Below are positions 32,604 to 34,138 of a DNA stretch of 34,138 bases, piece after piece. Both the position numbers and the translations under genes were made by a program. Under the pieces are notes generated by a model. The model saw nothing but the letters and a program-made list of their open reading frames with translations, had not been told where the DNA came from and made no database searches. How positions within the stretch are numbered: the first letter of the stretch is position 1; the number at the start of each line of letters is the position of its first letter. This DNA comes from Candidatus Omnitrophota bacterium (GTDB taxonomy: Bacteria > Omnitrophota > Gorgyraeia > JABMRN01 > RBG-13-46-9), in contig JAFGLX010000083.1 of assembly GCA_016927795.1 (NCBI GenBank), positions 1 through 34,138 of the forward strand, given 5' to 3'.

Positions 32604-33367
32604 TACTATCCGTAGTAATACCCTGTTATAACGAAGAAGCCAACATTACCTCCACGCTGCATGAACTTATGGCGGAAATGAAAGTAATGCCCGGTCTGGA
32701 GGGCTACCAGATCATAGTGGTAGACGATCACTCCGCGGACAATACATTCGGGGTGATAAAGGCCATGAATAACGCCGCGGTTTCATGCATACGGCTGAAA
32801 GAGCGAAGGGGCAGCCACATAGCCATAAGAGCCGGCTTGAGGGAAGCGAGAGGCAGCGCCGTTCTATTTTTACCGGCGGATGGGCAGGAGGACCCCGGTA
32901 TACTAGCGGCAATGGTTAAAAAATGGCAAAATGGCGCCAGGGTAGTATGGGGTTTGAATAAAAGCGGCAGCCACAAGAGGTGGCATATCAGGAAGTCGGC
33001 CGAATTGTTTTATATGCTTCTTAAGTGGTCCGGTGCAACACGTGATGCGACGGTTGATGTGTCGCGCGCTGCGTTTTTCCTTTTGGACAGGTCTGTTGTT
33101 GATATGGTCAATAAATGTTCAGCGCCTAAAGCGCCTCTACACGGGCTTGTAATATCTTCCGGCCCGGAACAGGCAGGAGTTGAATACCAGAGGCGGCCGC
33201 GAATGTCCGGCAAGTCAAAATGGAGCCTCTTCGACCTTATAGGCCTTGCCAAGGACTGGATAATAGAGTTTTCCGATATGCCGCTTATCGCGTTTTTAAG
33301 GAAAGCAAGGCGCGTTTTGGAAAGTAAACAGAGAAGGCCCCTTTTTACCATAGAGCAAAGAACCTGA
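32600..33367 (+). CDS. GT2 glycosyltransferase, GtrB/ArnC-related catalytic domain without the usual C-terminal TM helices
   Basis: 'LSVVIPCYNEEANI', 'VVDDHSADNT', 'RRGSHIAIRAGL', 'FLPADGQEDP' and 'GKSKWSLFDLIGLAKDWIIEFSDMPL' (cf. the GtrB/ArnC 'SK.s...l..la.dgi..fS..PL' block). The ORF stops about 30 aa after this block. ATGA overlap. Confidence 0.7.
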   Translation: MILSVVIPCYNEEANITSTLHELMAEMKVMPGLEGYQIIVVDDHSADNTFGVIKAMNNAAVSCIRLKERRGSHIAIRAGLREARGSAVLFLPADGQEDPGILAAMVKKWQNGARVVWGLNKSGSHKRWHIRKSAELFYMLLKWSGATRDATVDVSRAAFFLLDRSVVDMVNKCSAPKAPLHGLVISSGPEQAGVEYQRRPRMSGKSKWSLFDLIGLAKDWIIEFSDMPLIAFLRKARRVLESKQRRPLFTIEQRT

Positions 33368-33371
33368 TTTT

Positions 33372-34138
33372 ATGGAGCAAAGCGCGAAAAGCAAAAGGCT
33401 ATGGTATTTTTTGTTTTTTCTGCTGATTATTTACCTTCTTATAAACACGGGCATCGTTTCCGACGATATTAGCTACACCCTGTCGGCGAAACACAGACAT
33501 CTTGCGGAAAACCTAATTCCGGTACGTAGCTGGTTTACCACGCCCCTGGAAAATTACACACACGTTATCTGGTATCGTTTTTTCCGACTCGATAATTTGG
33601 TTGTTAACAATCTTGTCAAAACCGCGTACATTCTTCTATGTTTTTATTTTGTAAGCAAGTTTTTCAGCATTTACTTGAGCGGGCTAAATGTTCTTTTCGC
33701 ACCTTTTTTATTTATTTTTTTCCCGTCACACGATTCCACTATCTACTGGTTTCTGGGGCAGCATCTCACATTTTCTATTTCCCTGTATCTTTTCGCGTAT
33801 TATAAGGCATATCACGATAGAGTCCCGCTGGCCTTAGCCCTAGCTTTTATAGCGTCTTTTGTATCATACGGCGTGGTGGCGGTAGCCTTTCCCTTGTCTT
33901 TAGTGTTTTTTCTGGATAAAAAAGTAAAAAAGGCACTTGCGCTTTTCATCCCCAGCGCCATTTATTTTGTTTTTTATATTTTCATAACAAAAGTCATGTC
34001 GGGCGGCGTGGATATGATTCCGGCCAATCCGGATTTTTATGCAATAGCGAAACAATTTACACTCCAGGTTTTTACTTTTGTCGATGCTGTCTTTGGCCCA
34101 TCAATGTGGTTAAAGGTGTATTACGCTTTCTGTCAACT
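33372..34138 (+). CDS. Polytopic membrane protein, N-terminal fragment (3' end outside the window); candidate GtrC-like/GT-C-like transferase
   Basis: It is absent from the ORF track because it has no stop. My translation from ATG 33372 is open to the window end: MEQSAKSKRLWYFLFFLLIIYLLINTGIVSDDISYTLSAKHRHLAENLIPVRSWFTTPLENYTHVIWYRFFRLDNLVVNNLVKTAYILLCFYFVSKFFSIYLSGLNVLFAPFLFIFFPSHDS... It has several hydrophobic segments and 'SDD' right after TM1. It starts 4 nt after the GT2 stop. Confidence 0.6.
   Translation, partial: MEQSAKSKRLWYFLFFLLIIYLLINTGIVSDDISYTLSAKHRHLAENLIPVRSWFTTPLENYTHVIWYRFFRLDNLVVNNLVKTAYILLCFYFVSKFFSIYLSGLNVLFAPFLFIFFPSHDSTIYWFLGQHLTFSISLYLFAYYKAYHDRVPLALALAFIASFVSYGVVAVAFPLSLVFFLDKKVKKALALFIPSAIYFVFYIFITKVMSGGVDMIPANPDFYAIAKQFTLQVFTFVDAVFGPSMWLKVYYAFCQ

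Noticed and set aside
30800-33367. Apparent GC-rich island over the aminotransferase, NeuD-like and GT2 genes, which might indicate horizontal transfer.
   Set aside because: My hand counts of single 60-nt lines gave about 47-58% GC here. Soluble-enzyme genes elsewhere gave similar values (lines at 3601, 17401 and 30241: about 57-60%). Membrane-protein genes gave about 28-38%. The contrast therefore seems to track protein class (hydrophobic, AT-rich codons) rather than a foreign insert. A sliding-window GC and codon-usage calculation would be needed to revive this.
1-34138. Search for CRISPR arrays, tRNA/rRNA genes, insertion sequences, integrases, toxin-antitoxin or defence-system genes.
   Set aside because: Nothing found. 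Non-coding sequence totals only a few hundred nt. I saw no direct-repeat/spacer periodicity and no terminal inverted repeats. Every substantial ORF has glycan-biosynthesis or membrane-protein character.

Overview
The window is one uninterrupted, single-strand envelope-glycan biosynthesis locus. I call 32 co-directional CDS on the + strand, partial at both window edges. 18 of the 31 gene junctions overlap (11 are ATGA-type 4-nt overlaps), and only one gap exceeds 100 nt. I found no rRNA, tRNA, CRISPR array, transposase or integrase. The taxon cannot be determined from the window; ATA/AAA-rich codon usage, GGAGG-type Shine-Dalgarno sites and the DegT/GT-C content indicate a bacterium. Content, 5' to 3': (i) nt 1-7140 is a pseudaminic-acid-type nonulosonate operon: PseB fragment, SpsF/PseF-like cytidylyltransferase, DegT aminotransferase, PseG-PseH fusion and NeuB-family synthase. 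Two non-canonical genes are inserted in it, a FemAB/CelD-like transferase and a Gfo/Idh/MocA oxidoreductase. (ii) A 617-aa TagF-like protein is start/stop-overlapped with the synthase gene. (iii) A Wzx-like flippase and two polytopic membrane proteins follow. (iv) Two tandem membrane-anchored SGNH hydrolases. (v) A long stretch mixes four Dpm1/GtrB-like GT2 genes, three GT-B glycosyltransferases (two are paralogs), three more DegT aminotransferases and ArnT-like, YfhO-like and other GT-C-like membrane proteins. It also holds a transglutaminase-like protein whose catalytic residues appear substituted, and a WbpB/WbpD/WbpE-like plus NeuD/PglD-like acetamido-sugar module. The most unusual aspects are these. 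First, several polyprenyl-phosphate-sugar synthase-like genes are paired with many GT-C-like transferases in one operon-like unit. Second, a FemAB-like gene sits inside the nonulosonate operon. Third, the TagF-like protein has no CDP-alditol gene nearby. Fourth, a GC-rich hairpin interrupts a Shine-Dalgarno-like motif. All functional calls rest on motif recognition by eye; no database search was run.
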